Position numbers and translations under genes: made by a program. Of a stretch of DNA of 64,000 bases, positions 9,957 to 19,200 are shown piece by piece (the stretch's first letter is position 1; each line of letters opens with the position of its first letter). The DNA comes from Fibrobacteraceae bacterium (GTDB taxonomy: Bacteria; Fibrobacterota; Fibrobacteria; Fibrobacterales; Fibrobacteraceae). Under the pieces are notes generated by a model, which searched no databases, was not told where the DNA came from, and was given only the letters and a program-made list of their open reading frames with translations. The stretch lies in contig JAZQSE010000012.1 in the NCBI GenBank assembly GCA_045629945.1, positions 13,514 to 77,513 on the forward strand. Direction: 5' to 3'.

Positions 9957-10285
9957 CTAGACTCCTTGCTTTTTGTTTTTTGCAAAGTGTCTACATAAGA
10001 GAGCACCTCTGTCTGAAACGCATTCCACATTGAATAATTTTTCTGCAATTTTTCAAATTCTTCTGAAAACGATTCAATAGTAAATCCATATTTTTCAAGT
10101 ATGGATTTATTTAAAAGGTTTGCTTCAGGACGCGTTCCATAAATTTCAGTTATCGCACGCATTTCAACATAAGCTTTACTAAAATTGGGAGAAATATTTC
10201 CTGAGTGTTCTTGACAAGCGCACAGAACAAGAATCAAAAAAGATATCAGAATCCCTGTTTTAATTTTCACTTTCGCTGAGAGCAT
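9953..10285 (-). CDS. Small lipoprotein, unknown function
   Basis: From ATG 10285 the sequence is MLSAKVKIKTGILISFLILVLCAC, a basic n-region plus a lipobox-like LVLC/AC. It overlaps the ftsY 3' end. Confidence 0.5.
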   Translation of the reverse strand: MLSAKVKIKTGILISFLILVLCACQEHSGNISPNFSKAYVEMRAITEIYGTRPEANLLNKSILEKYGFTIESFSEEFEKLQKNYSMWNAFQTEVLSYVDTLQKTKSKESR

Positions 10286-11183
10286 TTTCAAAAAGCCCTT
10301 CCACAAATTCTTGCTTATTAAAAGGCACTAATTGGTCAATTCTTTCACCAACGCCAATCCAGCGAATGGGTATCTGTAAAGAACCTGCTATAGACAACAC
10401 AGAACCACCACGCGCAGTACCATCTAATTTGGTTACCACAATTCCAGTCAAAGGAAAACTCTTATGGAAAATTTTGGTTTGATTTATCGCATTTTGCCCA
10501 GTGGTTCCATCAATAACAAGCCAAATATCATGTGGATAGTTTTCATCGTGTTTCCGCATAACGCGAACCACTTTAGAAAGTTCATCCATCAAATAATCTT
10601 TATTATGTAAACGACCAGCAGTGTCTACAAGAACAACATCACAACCGCGAGCTTTCGCAGCAGCACAGGCGTCAAAGGCGACGGCCGCAGGGTCCGAGCC
10701 TTCCTGGTGCCGGACAAATTCGGCACCAGAACGTTCCGCCCAGGTTTCTAATTGTTCAATGGCGGCTGCGCGGAACGTATCGCCTGCCGCAATCATTACC
10801 TTTTTACCTTCAGAAGCAAAACGCGAAGCCAGCTTGCCAATAGTCGTTGTTTTACCAGCCCCATTTACGCCAATTACAAGAATCACATGCGGAGAACCTT
10901 TAAGTTCAAACTGCGGCGGATCCTGCAATAAACGTTCAGCTTCATTACGCATAATGGACAAAACTTCTTTTTCTGTCAACGATTTTCCAAGAGCATTTTC
11001 ACGCAGAGCATCTGTCAACAAGAAAGCCGCTTCCACACCGACATCTGCTTTAATTAAATGTTCTTCTAAATCTTCTAAAGTTTCATCAGTGATTTTTCCG
11101 ACACCAACAATACCTTTCAACTCGCCAAGCAAAGCTTCACGAGTTTTTTGCAAACCAGATTTTATTGCTGAAAAAAGACCCAT
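10260..11183 (-). CDS. ftsY: Signal recognition particle receptor FtsY
   Basis: GVNGAGKTTTIGKLA, DTAGR and TKLDGTARGG motifs. I prefer the start MGLFSAIKSGLQKT at 11183, which forms a TAATG overlap with the clpP stop. Confidence 0.9.
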   Translation of the reverse strand: MGLFSAIKSGLQKTREALLGELKGIVGVGKITDETLEDLEEHLIKADVGVEAAFLLTDALRENALGKSLTEKEVLSIMRNEAERLLQDPPQFELKGSPHVILVIGVNGAGKTTTIGKLASRFASEGKKVMIAAGDTFRAAAIEQLETWAERSGAEFVRHQEGSDPAAVAFDACAAAKARGCDVVLVDTAGRLHNKDYLMDELSKVVRVMRKHDENYPHDIWLVIDGTTGQNAINQTKIFHKSFPLTGIVVTKLDGTARGGSVLSIAGSLQIPIRWIGVGERIDQLVPFNKQEFVEGLFENALSESEN

Positions 11184-11773
11184 TAGCGATAACTCTCTAC
11201 AATATCCACTAAACCATAAACTTTTGCAGCTTCTGCGGCAAACCAATTATCACGTTCCGTATCCTTATCAATTTCTTCAACTGATTTTCCTGAATGACGA
11301 GCTAAAATTTCTGTCGTCACTTCACGAATACGAAGCATTTCTTCTGCCTGAATCTGAATATCTGAAGCAGGGCCTGTCATTTGTCCGTGAATCAATGGCT
11401 GGTGAATCATAATACGAGCATTTGGCCATGCATAACGCTTACCTTTTGCACCGGCTACTAAAAGAACAGCACCCATCGAAGCCGCTTGACCACAACAAAC
11501 CGTAACCACATCGCTTTCTATTGCCTGCATGCAGTCATAAATAGCTAAGCCACTAGAAATAACGCCACCTGGACTATTGATAAACAAAATAATATCATCG
11601 TGAGAAATTGAATCTAAATACAATAATTGCTTTACAATGCGTTCTGCACTTTCATCATCGACTCCGCCCCAAAGGAAAATTCGCCGATTATTAGCCAGAT
11701 GTTCTTCAGCTTGTTTCAAAAAATCACTTTTCTTTGTTTCATCTTGTTTTTGTTCACATTTCATAGAAAACAT
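11183..11773 (-). CDS. clpP: ATP-dependent Clp protease proteolytic subunit
   Basis: INSPGGVISSGLAIYD, GQAASMGA (catalytic Ser) and IMIHQP (His). Confidence 0.92.
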   Translation of the reverse strand: MFSMKCEQKQDETKKSDFLKQAEEHLANNRRIFLWGGVDDESAERIVKQLLYLDSISHDDIILFINSPGGVISSGLAIYDCMQAIESDVVTVCCGQAASMGAVLLVAGAKGKRYAWPNARIMIHQPLIHGQMTGPASDIQIQAEEMLRIREVTTEILARHSGKSVEEIDKDTERDNWFAAEAAKVYGLVDIVESYR

Positions 11774-11856
11774 AAAAAACTCCGTTTTTTCTCAAATTTA
11801 AAAAAAAATCCTTCTGACATCTCGCCAAGCAAGAGCATATTTGATATCTTTTGCGT

Positions 11857-12624
11857 ATGATTTCGCAAGGTCATATTGTAGGATTGCTAAATCCCGAAAT
11901 TCTTCTTGAGCTAGAACAAAACCCAGACGGTGAAATAGCCCAGATAACTTCTTTATGTTCTGCTTTAGAAATTCGTTACGATTGGTTTGAAAACGAAACG
12001 GAATGGCCTAACCTATCTTCTCGCATTCGTTCCATTTTCCCAGACAAACTTCAAATAGGAACAATCCGGCTAGTTCGAGACGGAGGTTTATTTGACAATG
12101 CCTGTGCCACCATGCGTCTAAAAAATTGGGGACAAATTCTTACAGAAGAACAAACCCCGGACCTTTTAGACCTTGAACAAGATTGTCTTTTCGATTTTGA
12201 AGCACTAAACGTTTTTGCTTCTGCAAGAGATGTAAAAATTTTAATTTCTCAGCATAATTTTTTACGTATCCCGCCTTATCCCGTTCTCACCACTCTCGTA
12301 GAAGATGCCAAAAGAATCGGTGCGTCTGGAGTCAAAATAGCTGCTATGAGTAATGCCGAGGGCGATTCAGACCCTCTCTACGACTTTATTCAAGAATTTT
12401 CTAAAGATTTTCCTTATTTTTCAGCATTTGCTATGGGAAACACAGGAAAACCAAGCCGAATACTTTCTTTGTTGAAAGGAGCGAACCTTTCTTATGGCAG
12501 TATTTTAGAATCTTCTGTTCCTGGGCAACTTTCTGTACGGCTTATGCACGAGATTTTAACAAAAATCACAGAAATTAATGACGAAACAGCTATTCGTCAG
12601 TTTTTAAATCAATCTTTACTCTAA
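11857..12624 (+). CDS. aroD: Type I 3-dehydroquinate dehydratase
   Basis: LEIRYDWF, ISQHNF (His), VKIAAMS (Schiff-base Lys) and AMGNTGKPSRIL blocks match the AroD layout. Confidence 0.7.
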   Translation: MISQGHIVGLLNPEILLELEQNPDGEIAQITSLCSALEIRYDWFENETEWPNLSSRIRSIFPDKLQIGTIRLVRDGGLFDNACATMRLKNWGQILTEEQTPDLLDLEQDCLFDFEALNVFASARDVKILISQHNFLRIPPYPVLTTLVEDAKRIGASGVKIAAMSNAEGDSDPLYDFIQEFSKDFPYFSAFAMGNTGKPSRILSLLKGANLSYGSILESSVPGQLSVRLMHEILTKITEINDETAIRQFLNQSLL

Positions 12625-12700
12625 ATTATTCTTTAAAAATCTCCCCAATCGGCTGATTTTTTGCTAAACTATCTTTAATTGTTTCTTTTTGAGGATTTTT

Positions 12701-13165
12701 ATGCGTCTTTCTGAAAGATTTGTAGACAATTGTGTTATCATCAATTCTTCGTCTACTGACAAAGAAAGCATCTTGAATGAAATGGTCGACACTTTGTGCC
12801 GAGCCTACCAGTTAGAACATCGTGATGAAATTTTTGAAGCAGTTTTTGCTAGAGAAAAATCTCGCTCTACTGGTATCAGTTGTGGTTTAGCAGTACCTCA
12901 TGCCAAAGTAGATTATGTGGATCGCATGTGCATGGTTGCAGCAACTGTAAAAGACGGCATTGACTTTGATTCTTTTGATGGCGAACCTGTTTTTCTTTTG
13001 ATTTTAATTGTTAGCCCAGGAAACACGGTTGGGCCACACTTAAAAGCCCTTTCTTCTGTAAGTCGCTTGCTCGCTGACGGTGCTGTCCGCCAGGATTTAA
13101 TTGAAGCAGAAACTCCATCAGACTTCCTTACAATTCTTCGTAAAGCCGAAGACAAATACCTTTAA
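12701..13165 (+). CDS. ptsN: PTS EIIA(Ntr)-type regulatory protein
   Basis: About 154 aa. STGISCGLAVPHAK contains the phosphorylatable His context of EIIA-2/PtsN domains. Confidence 0.65.
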   Translation: MRLSERFVDNCVIINSSSTDKESILNEMVDTLCRAYQLEHRDEIFEAVFAREKSRSTGISCGLAVPHAKVDYVDRMCMVAATVKDGIDFDSFDGEPVFLLILIVSPGNTVGPHLKALSSVSRLLADGAVRQDLIEAETPSDFLTILRKAEDKYL

Positions 13166-13170
13166 AATAA

Positions 13171-13245
13171 GGACAATTAGCTCAGTTGGTTTAGAGCGCT
13201 GCCTTCACACGGCAGAGGTCACTGGTTCAAATCCAGTATTGTCCA
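13171..13245 (+). tRNA. tRNA-Val: tRNA-Val (anticodon CAC)
   Basis: Cloverleaf read by hand: acceptor GGACAAT/ATTGTCC, D-arm AGCTCAGTTGGTTTAGAGC, anticodon stem CTGCC/GGCAG with loop TTCACAC, T-arm CACTGGTTCAAATCCAGT. No CCA is encoded. Confidence 0.9.
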
Positions 13246-13253
13246 TAAAAAAA

Positions 13254-13276
13254 TCCCGGATGCCCGGGACTTTTTA
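13254..13276. terminator. Bidirectional intrinsic terminator between tRNA-Val and rpe
   Basis: TCCCGG-ATGC-CCGGGA hairpin, flanked by an A-run on the left and a T-run on the right. Confidence 0.75.
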
Positions 13277-13278
13277 TA

Positions 13279-13932
13279 TTACTTTAGTACAGCTTCAACA
13301 AATTTTTTGCAAGTAGTTTCTGGATCGGGAGTTCCAAAAATAGCACTCCCCACAACAAAAATATTGGCACCAGCTTCTTTAGCTAAAGCAATTGTTTCAA
13401 GGTTTACGCCACCATCAATTTGAATATCTTTTTCGGGACAAAGTGCTCGTAGCCTTTTGATTTTTTCTAGAGTATAAGGAATCAATTTTTGCCCACCAAA
13501 CCCCGGATTTACCGACATAATAAGCACCATATCTACAATGTCTAATACGTGTAGAATACTTTCTAACGGAGTTGCCGGATTTAATGCCACTGCTGGTTTA
13601 CAACCAAGTTCACGAATTTGGTGTAATAAACGGTCTAAATGGTTTGTAGTTTCAGCATGAACAGAAATATAAGTTGCACCTGCTTTAGCAAATTCTTCTA
13701 CATATTGTTCTGGGTTTGAAATCATTAAATGGCAATCAAGCGGAAGAGAGGTTCCTTTGCCGATACATTTAGAAACGCCAGGGCCAAAACTTACATTTGG
13801 AACAAAATGGCCATCCATAATATCTAAATGAACAAGACCAGCGCCGCCATTTTCAATAGCTTTTAAACCTTTGCCTAATTCAAGAAAATCGGCATTTAAC
13901 ACACTTGGAGCGATAATTTGCTGTAAACTCAT
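13279..13932 (-). CDS. rpe: Ribulose-phosphate 3-epimerase
   Basis: IAPSVLNADF, HLDIMDGHFVPN and MSVNPGFGGQ. Likely start is MSLQQII at 13932; the track ORF extends to 13983. Confidence 0.9.
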   Translation of the reverse strand: MSLQQIIAPSVLNADFLELGKGLKAIENGGAGLVHLDIMDGHFVPNVSFGPGVSKCIGKGTSLPLDCHLMISNPEQYVEEFAKAGATYISVHAETTNHLDRLLHQIRELGCKPAVALNPATPLESILHVLDIVDMVLIMSVNPGFGGQKLIPYTLEKIKRLRALCPEKDIQIDGGVNLETIALAKEAGANIFVVGSAIFGTPDPETTCKKFVEAVLK

Positions 13933-14075
13933 ACTGCCAAATATAAAAATATTGCTCTTTTCTAAAAGACTCTTAAGCGCCATTTCCCCTTATTTTTGAT
14001 AAAGCGAAAAAGAACCTAGTCAAATTCGTAAATTTTTTTTAATATTGTGCTAACTTAAAATAGGAGAAATGAAAT

Positions 14076-14453
14076 ATGGCAACCACAAAGAAAACAGCTG
14101 CAGAAAAAGCACCAAAAGCTACTGCTAAGAAAGCTTGCGCCACTAAGGCTCCGGCAAAAAAAACTTGCGCTACTAAAAAAGCTTGCGAAGCAAAAGCCGC
14201 AAAACCTGCTGCTAAGAAAGCTGCCCCAAAAAAGGTTTCTGTTGAATTTGTTGCTGATTGTCCGCTTGCTACTACAGTTTCTGTCGCTGGCGCTTTCAAC
14301 AATTGGGCTGTTGACGCAGATATGCTCAAGAAAGAAAAGAAAACAGGCCTTTGGAAGGCAAAACTATCTCTTCTTCCTGGCGATTACGAATACAAGTTCG
14401 TTTGTGACGGAAAAAACTGGGACGAAGGCGATAACAAGATTAAACACGTTTAA
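14076..14453 (+). CDS. Small protein: Lys/Ala-rich histone-H1-like tail fused to a CBM48 / AMPK-beta-type glycogen-binding module
   Basis: The N-terminal 50 aa consist of AKKA/ATKK repeats. The C-terminal VSVAGAFNNW...GLWKAKLSLLPGDYEYKFVCDGKNWDEGDN matches the AMPK1_CBM/CBM48 signature. AGGAGA RBS. Confidence 0.7.
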   Translation: MATTKKTAAEKAPKATAKKACATKAPAKKTCATKKACEAKAAKPAAKKAAPKKVSVEFVADCPLATTVSVAGAFNNWAVDADMLKKEKKTGLWKAKLSLLPGDYEYKFVCDGKNWDEGDNKIKHV

Positions 14454-14577
14454 TTTTGTTGTTGTATTTGGCTAAGACTGTCGCTGAATCTACGCAAACT
14501 TGCACAAGCGTTTTTTAAAAACCTCTTGTTGCCGTTTTGCTAGTTTAGCTCTTAAATTTTGTCAAAAAAAAAAGAAA

Positions 14578-14612
14578 CATACCGCCGAGCATAGCTCGGC
14601 GGTATGTTTTTT
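14578..14612 (+). terminator. Intrinsic terminator
   Basis: 13-bp perfect stem CATACCGCCGAGC-ATA-GCTCGGCGGTATG followed by TTTTTT. Confidence 0.85.
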
Positions 14613-14630
14613 CGAAATTTTTCTATTCAG

Positions 14631-14669
14631 AAAAATTTCCTGACTCCAAATAGAAAAAAGATATATTTT
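14631..14669 (+). promoter_or_regulatory. Promoter-like box shared with 15779-15816
   Basis: AAAAATTTCCTGACTCCAAATAGAAAAAAGATATATTTT aligns with AAAAATTTCTTGACACCAACTCAAAAAAATATATTTT upstream of the next gene of the island. Confidence 0.35.
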
Positions 14670-14718
14670 GGGTACATGTTAGTTTCCCCATAAGACAGCC
14701 ACAGAATAAGGAGGGAAT

Positions 14719-15615
14719 ATGAAGAAACTTGTTTGTCTTATTACCTTCTTTGCGTTACTAGGGTATGCACAAACTAGATATTTGTATTTAAATTCTGAAC
14801 ATGAGGATGGAACGCAAAGCGAAATAGACGGTTCTGATTGGTTTTTATATTTTGGTCAGTGGAGTGTGATTTCTACGAGACTTCTTGTTTTTGACTCTGC
14901 AGAGGTCATTCTTGAAGACATTGATTATGATTACTTTCATGATTCTATTCCAAATGCAATGATATTAGATTCTACAGTTTTACCAGATTCTATGCCCATA
15001 TCGCCATTAATTTTACATGCACAAGAAAATGAAGGATGTCCTCTTTGGGGATCGTGGGGAGCGTCTTGTGGTCATTTTGCATTTGGTTTTCTTGTAATAG
15101 AAAAAGAAAATTACTCTGATTCATTATGGGTTGCTCCAATAGGGTATATTCCTGATTCTAGTAAAGCTTTAGATTTTAGAAATGATTTTTTAGAGTCTCG
15201 GGACTTTTTTTCTGTTCTTGAGAGAGAAAAGTATTTTGATGATATGTCTTATTACTGGTTTGACTCACCAGGTAAATTTTATAATGATTCAATAGGAAAT
15301 TTTTCTGTAAATTTGCGCTCGGATGATTCTTTATTTTTTATTTATAAAAGGGATACTTCTTTTGCGGTTTGTCGTTATGACTTTAATTATTATCCAACTG
15401 AAGATGTATTAAAAGCTAAGGATTTACTTTCTGAATCTAGTGATGTAAAATGCACACGATATACTGATGATGGTTCTCAATGTATTGAAAAAACATTTTT
15501 AGTCGAAAGATATTACAATTACAGGCATAATCCATATATTACTTGCAATCAGGTTAATGAGGATGAAATTATTTATTCCATTATAAAACCCACTCCCCAG
15601 CAATATACAGAGTAA
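14719..15615 (+). CDS. Secreted protein, island paralog A (unrecognised family; C-terminal sorting region lost)
   Basis: Signal peptide MKKLVCLITFFALLGYAQT, near-identical to paralog C. Shared blocks DSLWVAP, DFRNDF, DSLFFIYKRDTSFAVC and CTRYTDDGSQC. AAGGAGG RBS. Confidence 0.7.
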   Translation: MKKLVCLITFFALLGYAQTRYLYLNSEHEDGTQSEIDGSDWFLYFGQWSVISTRLLVFDSAEVILEDIDYDYFHDSIPNAMILDSTVLPDSMPISPLILHAQENEGCPLWGSWGASCGHFAFGFLVIEKENYSDSLWVAPIGYIPDSSKALDFRNDFLESRDFFSVLEREKYFDDMSYYWFDSPGKFYNDSIGNFSVNLRSDDSLFFIYKRDTSFAVCRYDFNYYPTEDVLKAKDLLSESSDVKCTRYTDDGSQCIEKTFLVERYYNYRHNPYITCNQVNEDEIIYSIIKPTPQQYTE

Positions 15616-15778
15616 ACGGCACAAATTCTAAAAACAATAAATCCAGTAATATCTTGTATGGCAAAGAACGTGCCGTGCGGTATTTACGAGAAGATTGAAT
15701 GATTTTATGTTATCTTAGAAAGCAAAATCACGATATCACCCTGGGCTCTATCAATCGCATTGCTCTTTTTAGAGTAAC

Positions 15779-15816
15779 AAAAATTTCTTGACACCAACTC
15801 AAAAAAATATATTTTT
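15779..15816 (+). promoter_or_regulatory. Promoter-like box (TTGACA ... TATATT) upstream of the 140-aa gene and the subtilase
   Basis: TTGACA at 15788-15793 and TATATT at 15808-15813. The spacer is only 14 nt, so the exact -10 is uncertain. Homologous to 14631-14669. Confidence 0.35.
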
Positions 15817-15846
15817 CTTACACACTTTTAAGGCAAGGAGTTTAAA

Positions 15847-16269
15847 ATGAAAAAGTTCTTTATGCTTTTTTGCATACTTTTTGCAACAAATGCCTTTACA
15901 GCAGAAATTTGCAATGATTCAAATTTTCCTACAGGTACTTGTCATGCAACAGGTTATGTTTGTGGCCTTGCCTATGATATGAACTCAAAAGAATCTACGC
16001 CTGCCAAAAGAATACTCAATTTTCATATCGGTAAAACAGCTAATTGCTTAGAATACGAAACGACCAATATTTCAGGAACTTCTGTTCCATTACGCATATT
16101 CTATTACCTTGACGAAAACGAAAATGCTGATGCATTGAACATGGTTATGACAGGTTCAATAGCAATGTCAGCAGCAAATCACCGCTATCCTGTGAATGTT
16201 GTTTATAAAAAAATTACAGGTGTTTCTAACGCTGTATTTCTAGTGGCTATTCAACAAAAAGAATTTTAA
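15847..16269 (+). CDS. Small secreted 4-Cys protein, unknown function
   Basis: Signal peptide MKKFFMLFCILFATNAFTA, mature about 121 aa with 4 Cys. AAGGAG RBS. It ends 18 nt before the subtilase ATG. Confidence 0.65.
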   Translation: MKKFFMLFCILFATNAFTAEICNDSNFPTGTCHATGYVCGLAYDMNSKESTPAKRILNFHIGKTANCLEYETTNISGTSVPLRIFYYLDENENADALNMVMTGSIAMSAANHRYPVNVVYKKITGVSNAVFLVAIQQKEF

Positions 16270-16287
16270 CAATTGATAGGTTTTCAA

Positions 16288-19200
16288 ATGTTGAGAGGCC
16301 TTTGTCTTTTGCTGCTGTTTGCAATACAGTTATTGGCCAAGGAACAAGTCCCCTTGACAATTCAGTTACTTTCAGAAAGACATCGCACTGAATGGAATTG
16401 GGTTGAATACAGATTAAAAATTACCAATACATCAACCACATCAATTATCAATCCAGATGTTTATTACTTTGCAGAAAATACAGAAGATTCTAGTCTTGTT
16501 TTAGATGTGGATTACGTCACTTATTTTTATTCAACAAAGGTAGAATCATTTATTACTGGAACATATAATATTTTTCAAATAAAATTAACGGGTGTTTTAC
16601 AACCCTCCCAATCACTAGATATTCATTTTAGAATACATAAAAATAATTGGAGTGCGTGGGATTGCTCAAAAGATTTTTCTTACCAACAAAAATCAGCTAC
16701 ACAAGAGCCGCATTATTGGGTAGCTGTTTATGACGCTTCAAAAGAATTGCTGTGGGGAGTTGATCCCGTTTCTGGCAAAAGAAAATCTGATGTTGTTTTG
16801 TGGTATGATAGAGGCGGAAAATCTGTAATTTATCCATATTCAGGAGATTCAACAGAGATTTTAAATCCTGGCCGTTTTTGGTTGTTAAAAGAAACTCCTT
16901 TGTCAAGCAAAGAAAGAAAACTATTAAAACAAAATGGGGTAGACGATTTAGAAGGAAGTAAATATCAGGGATTTTCTTTGTATCTGTTAAAAGTCCATTC
17001 TAAACAAATGAAGAAAATTTTAAATGAAAACATGTATGGATTTTATAACACCTTCCCTGTTGATGATACTACAAAATTAACATTAGAACTTTTGCCTGAA
17101 GAGGAAAATTTAGATTCACTTTCTATAACAATTTCTTGTTTTGCTGATGTTTCTATGGAAGTATGTAAAAGCATTGCGCAAAATTGTGGTGTAAAAAATG
17201 TTGAAATCGACCACCATGAGATTTTAGGGTTATTGTCCAAAAATCAAAAAGATTGTTTGCTAGAACATAATGACATTGAGTATGTAGGTGTTGTGCGTTT
17301 AGGAGCTCCTTTGAACGATGTTGGTAGAGAAGCGATTCATGTGACCGAATTGCAAAATTCAGAAGAATGGAAAAATTATTTAAAACAAAAAAATGCTGAT
17401 TTAGAATGGCTATCTAATGCAGGTTACACTGGAGAGGGAATTGTTGTAGGAGTATATGATACTGGAATTGATTGGAGTCACCCCGATTTTAATGAAATAG
17501 ATGAAAATGGAAATATGGTTCCTAGAAAAGTTCGAAAAGAGGAGTTATTTGTTAAAGAAGAGAATAAGGATAACGTATTGAAAGAAATGAAAGAATATAA
17601 TCCATCAGATCCCGAGAAAGATGAGCCTTGGCACGCAACAACAGTTGCGGGTATTCTGGGAGGCAATGGTTCTTTTTCACCTGAATACAAATATCGTGGT
17701 GTTGCTCCTAAAGTACATTTTTACTCTGGAGCAAATGGTTACAATGGACAAATAGGCCATGTGGTTAATCATTCGCATGTAGACAATAATAAGTGTGGCT
17801 TGTATGAAATAACGAATTATAATGTCGACAAAAATATTTTTAACAATTGGAAAACTTTTACTGATGATGGTGATACGTTAACAAAAGCAGTCGTTGTAGG
17901 AGCTGGCAATAATGGGTTTGCTAGTCCAGGAGAAAAATACGGTTACCAAATTGGTTATCATTCCATTCTTTCTAATTCAAAAAACGCAATTACAGTTGGG
18001 AATTACTCTGCTTTAACAGGAATTCGCTTTTCTAAATCTAGTATGGGACCAACTTGGGATGGTCGTATTAAACCTGATGTAATGGCTCCCGGAGCAGAAT
18101 TAGAAATAGTTAATGAAAAAGTAATCCCTATTCATTCTCCCTACCCATGTAATGAAAAAAATATGGAAAGTTGTTATTTTGATATGCCAGATGGTGGAAC
18201 TTCTATGTCTGCCCCATTTGTTTCAGGCATTGCCGCTTTAATCTATCAACGATACAGAGAAATAACAGGAATTCCACTAGATAAAAAATCATTAAGGAAT
18301 TCAACTATTAAAGCCATGCTCATTCACACCGCAGAAGATATGGAAGTGTCCATTACAGAAGAAACAAAAAAATATATGAGACCCAACCCTGATATTACAC
18401 ATTCTGAAAATGATGGGAATAATTATTATACACCTTATGGAAAAGGTCCTGATTTTGCTACAGGTTGGGGTAAAGTCAATGCAAAAAAAGTACTTCAAGT
18501 TTTAGAAGAAAATCGCTACCTGGAAACAGAAATTGCAAATGGTGTAGAAAAACGTTGGAATCTGTATATTGCCCCAAGCAAAGACGCCTTCCGTGTAACT
18601 ATGGTTTGGGACGATGCTTATGGAAAGATAGATTCAATAATACCTCCAAAACTTTTCTATACGGATTCTAAATTGGTCAATGATTTAGATATATATTTAA
18701 TTTCACCTTCAGGGAAATACCATTATCCATGGAAATTAAATCCATTACCAACAGATGAATTAGAAAAAACAACCTTTGGATGGCGTTATAAGGGTACGGA
18801 AAAAATAAAATTAAGTGACATTCAAGACGCCGTAAGAGATTGTAACAAACCTTATAAATTAGATTCTGAATGTTTTGACCATTTAAATAATGTAGAAGTT
18901 GTTGATGTAGATAATCCTGAATCAGGAATATGGCAAGTGGTTGTAATGGGAACAAGTGTTACCCAAGGGAATGGTATTTTAGATACAAGCGCCCAAGTTG
19001 TATCTTTGGCAAGTGATGTTTCTTTAAATGATTCAATTTGTGGCGTAGTTTCCCCATACCCACCTATGTCAACTTTGCAATGTGAATATGATTTAGGGGA
19101 TAATCTTGAGAATTACGTTATTTTTGGCGAGGAGGCAACTCTCGGTTCTGGAGATACTATTTATATTTATGATGCAAAAGACAAATTGCTAGGTAAATAC

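Noticed and set aside
10621-11412. A 263-aa plus-strand ORF.
   Set aside because: It is antisense to ftsY and clpP, both of which have unambiguous catalytic motifs. Its Ser/Ala/Pro-rich composition is typical of a shadow frame.
13101-13316. A 71-aa ORF spanning the ptsN end and the tRNA.
   Set aside because: It reads straight through the tRNA-Val gene and its terminator.
14039-14329. A 96-aa minus-strand ORF, and the 14242-14475 plus-strand ORF.
   Set aside because: These are the antisense and alternative frames of the Lys/Ala-repeat coding region. The low-complexity A/F/G string is an artefact of the GCn/AAR repeats, and the CBM48 frame is the real one.
17629-17650. A second TGGCAC motif as a sigma-54 promoter.
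   Set aside because: It lies inside the subtilase coding sequence, at the WHATT catalytic His codons. The nearest TTGC is 10 nt away instead of 5.
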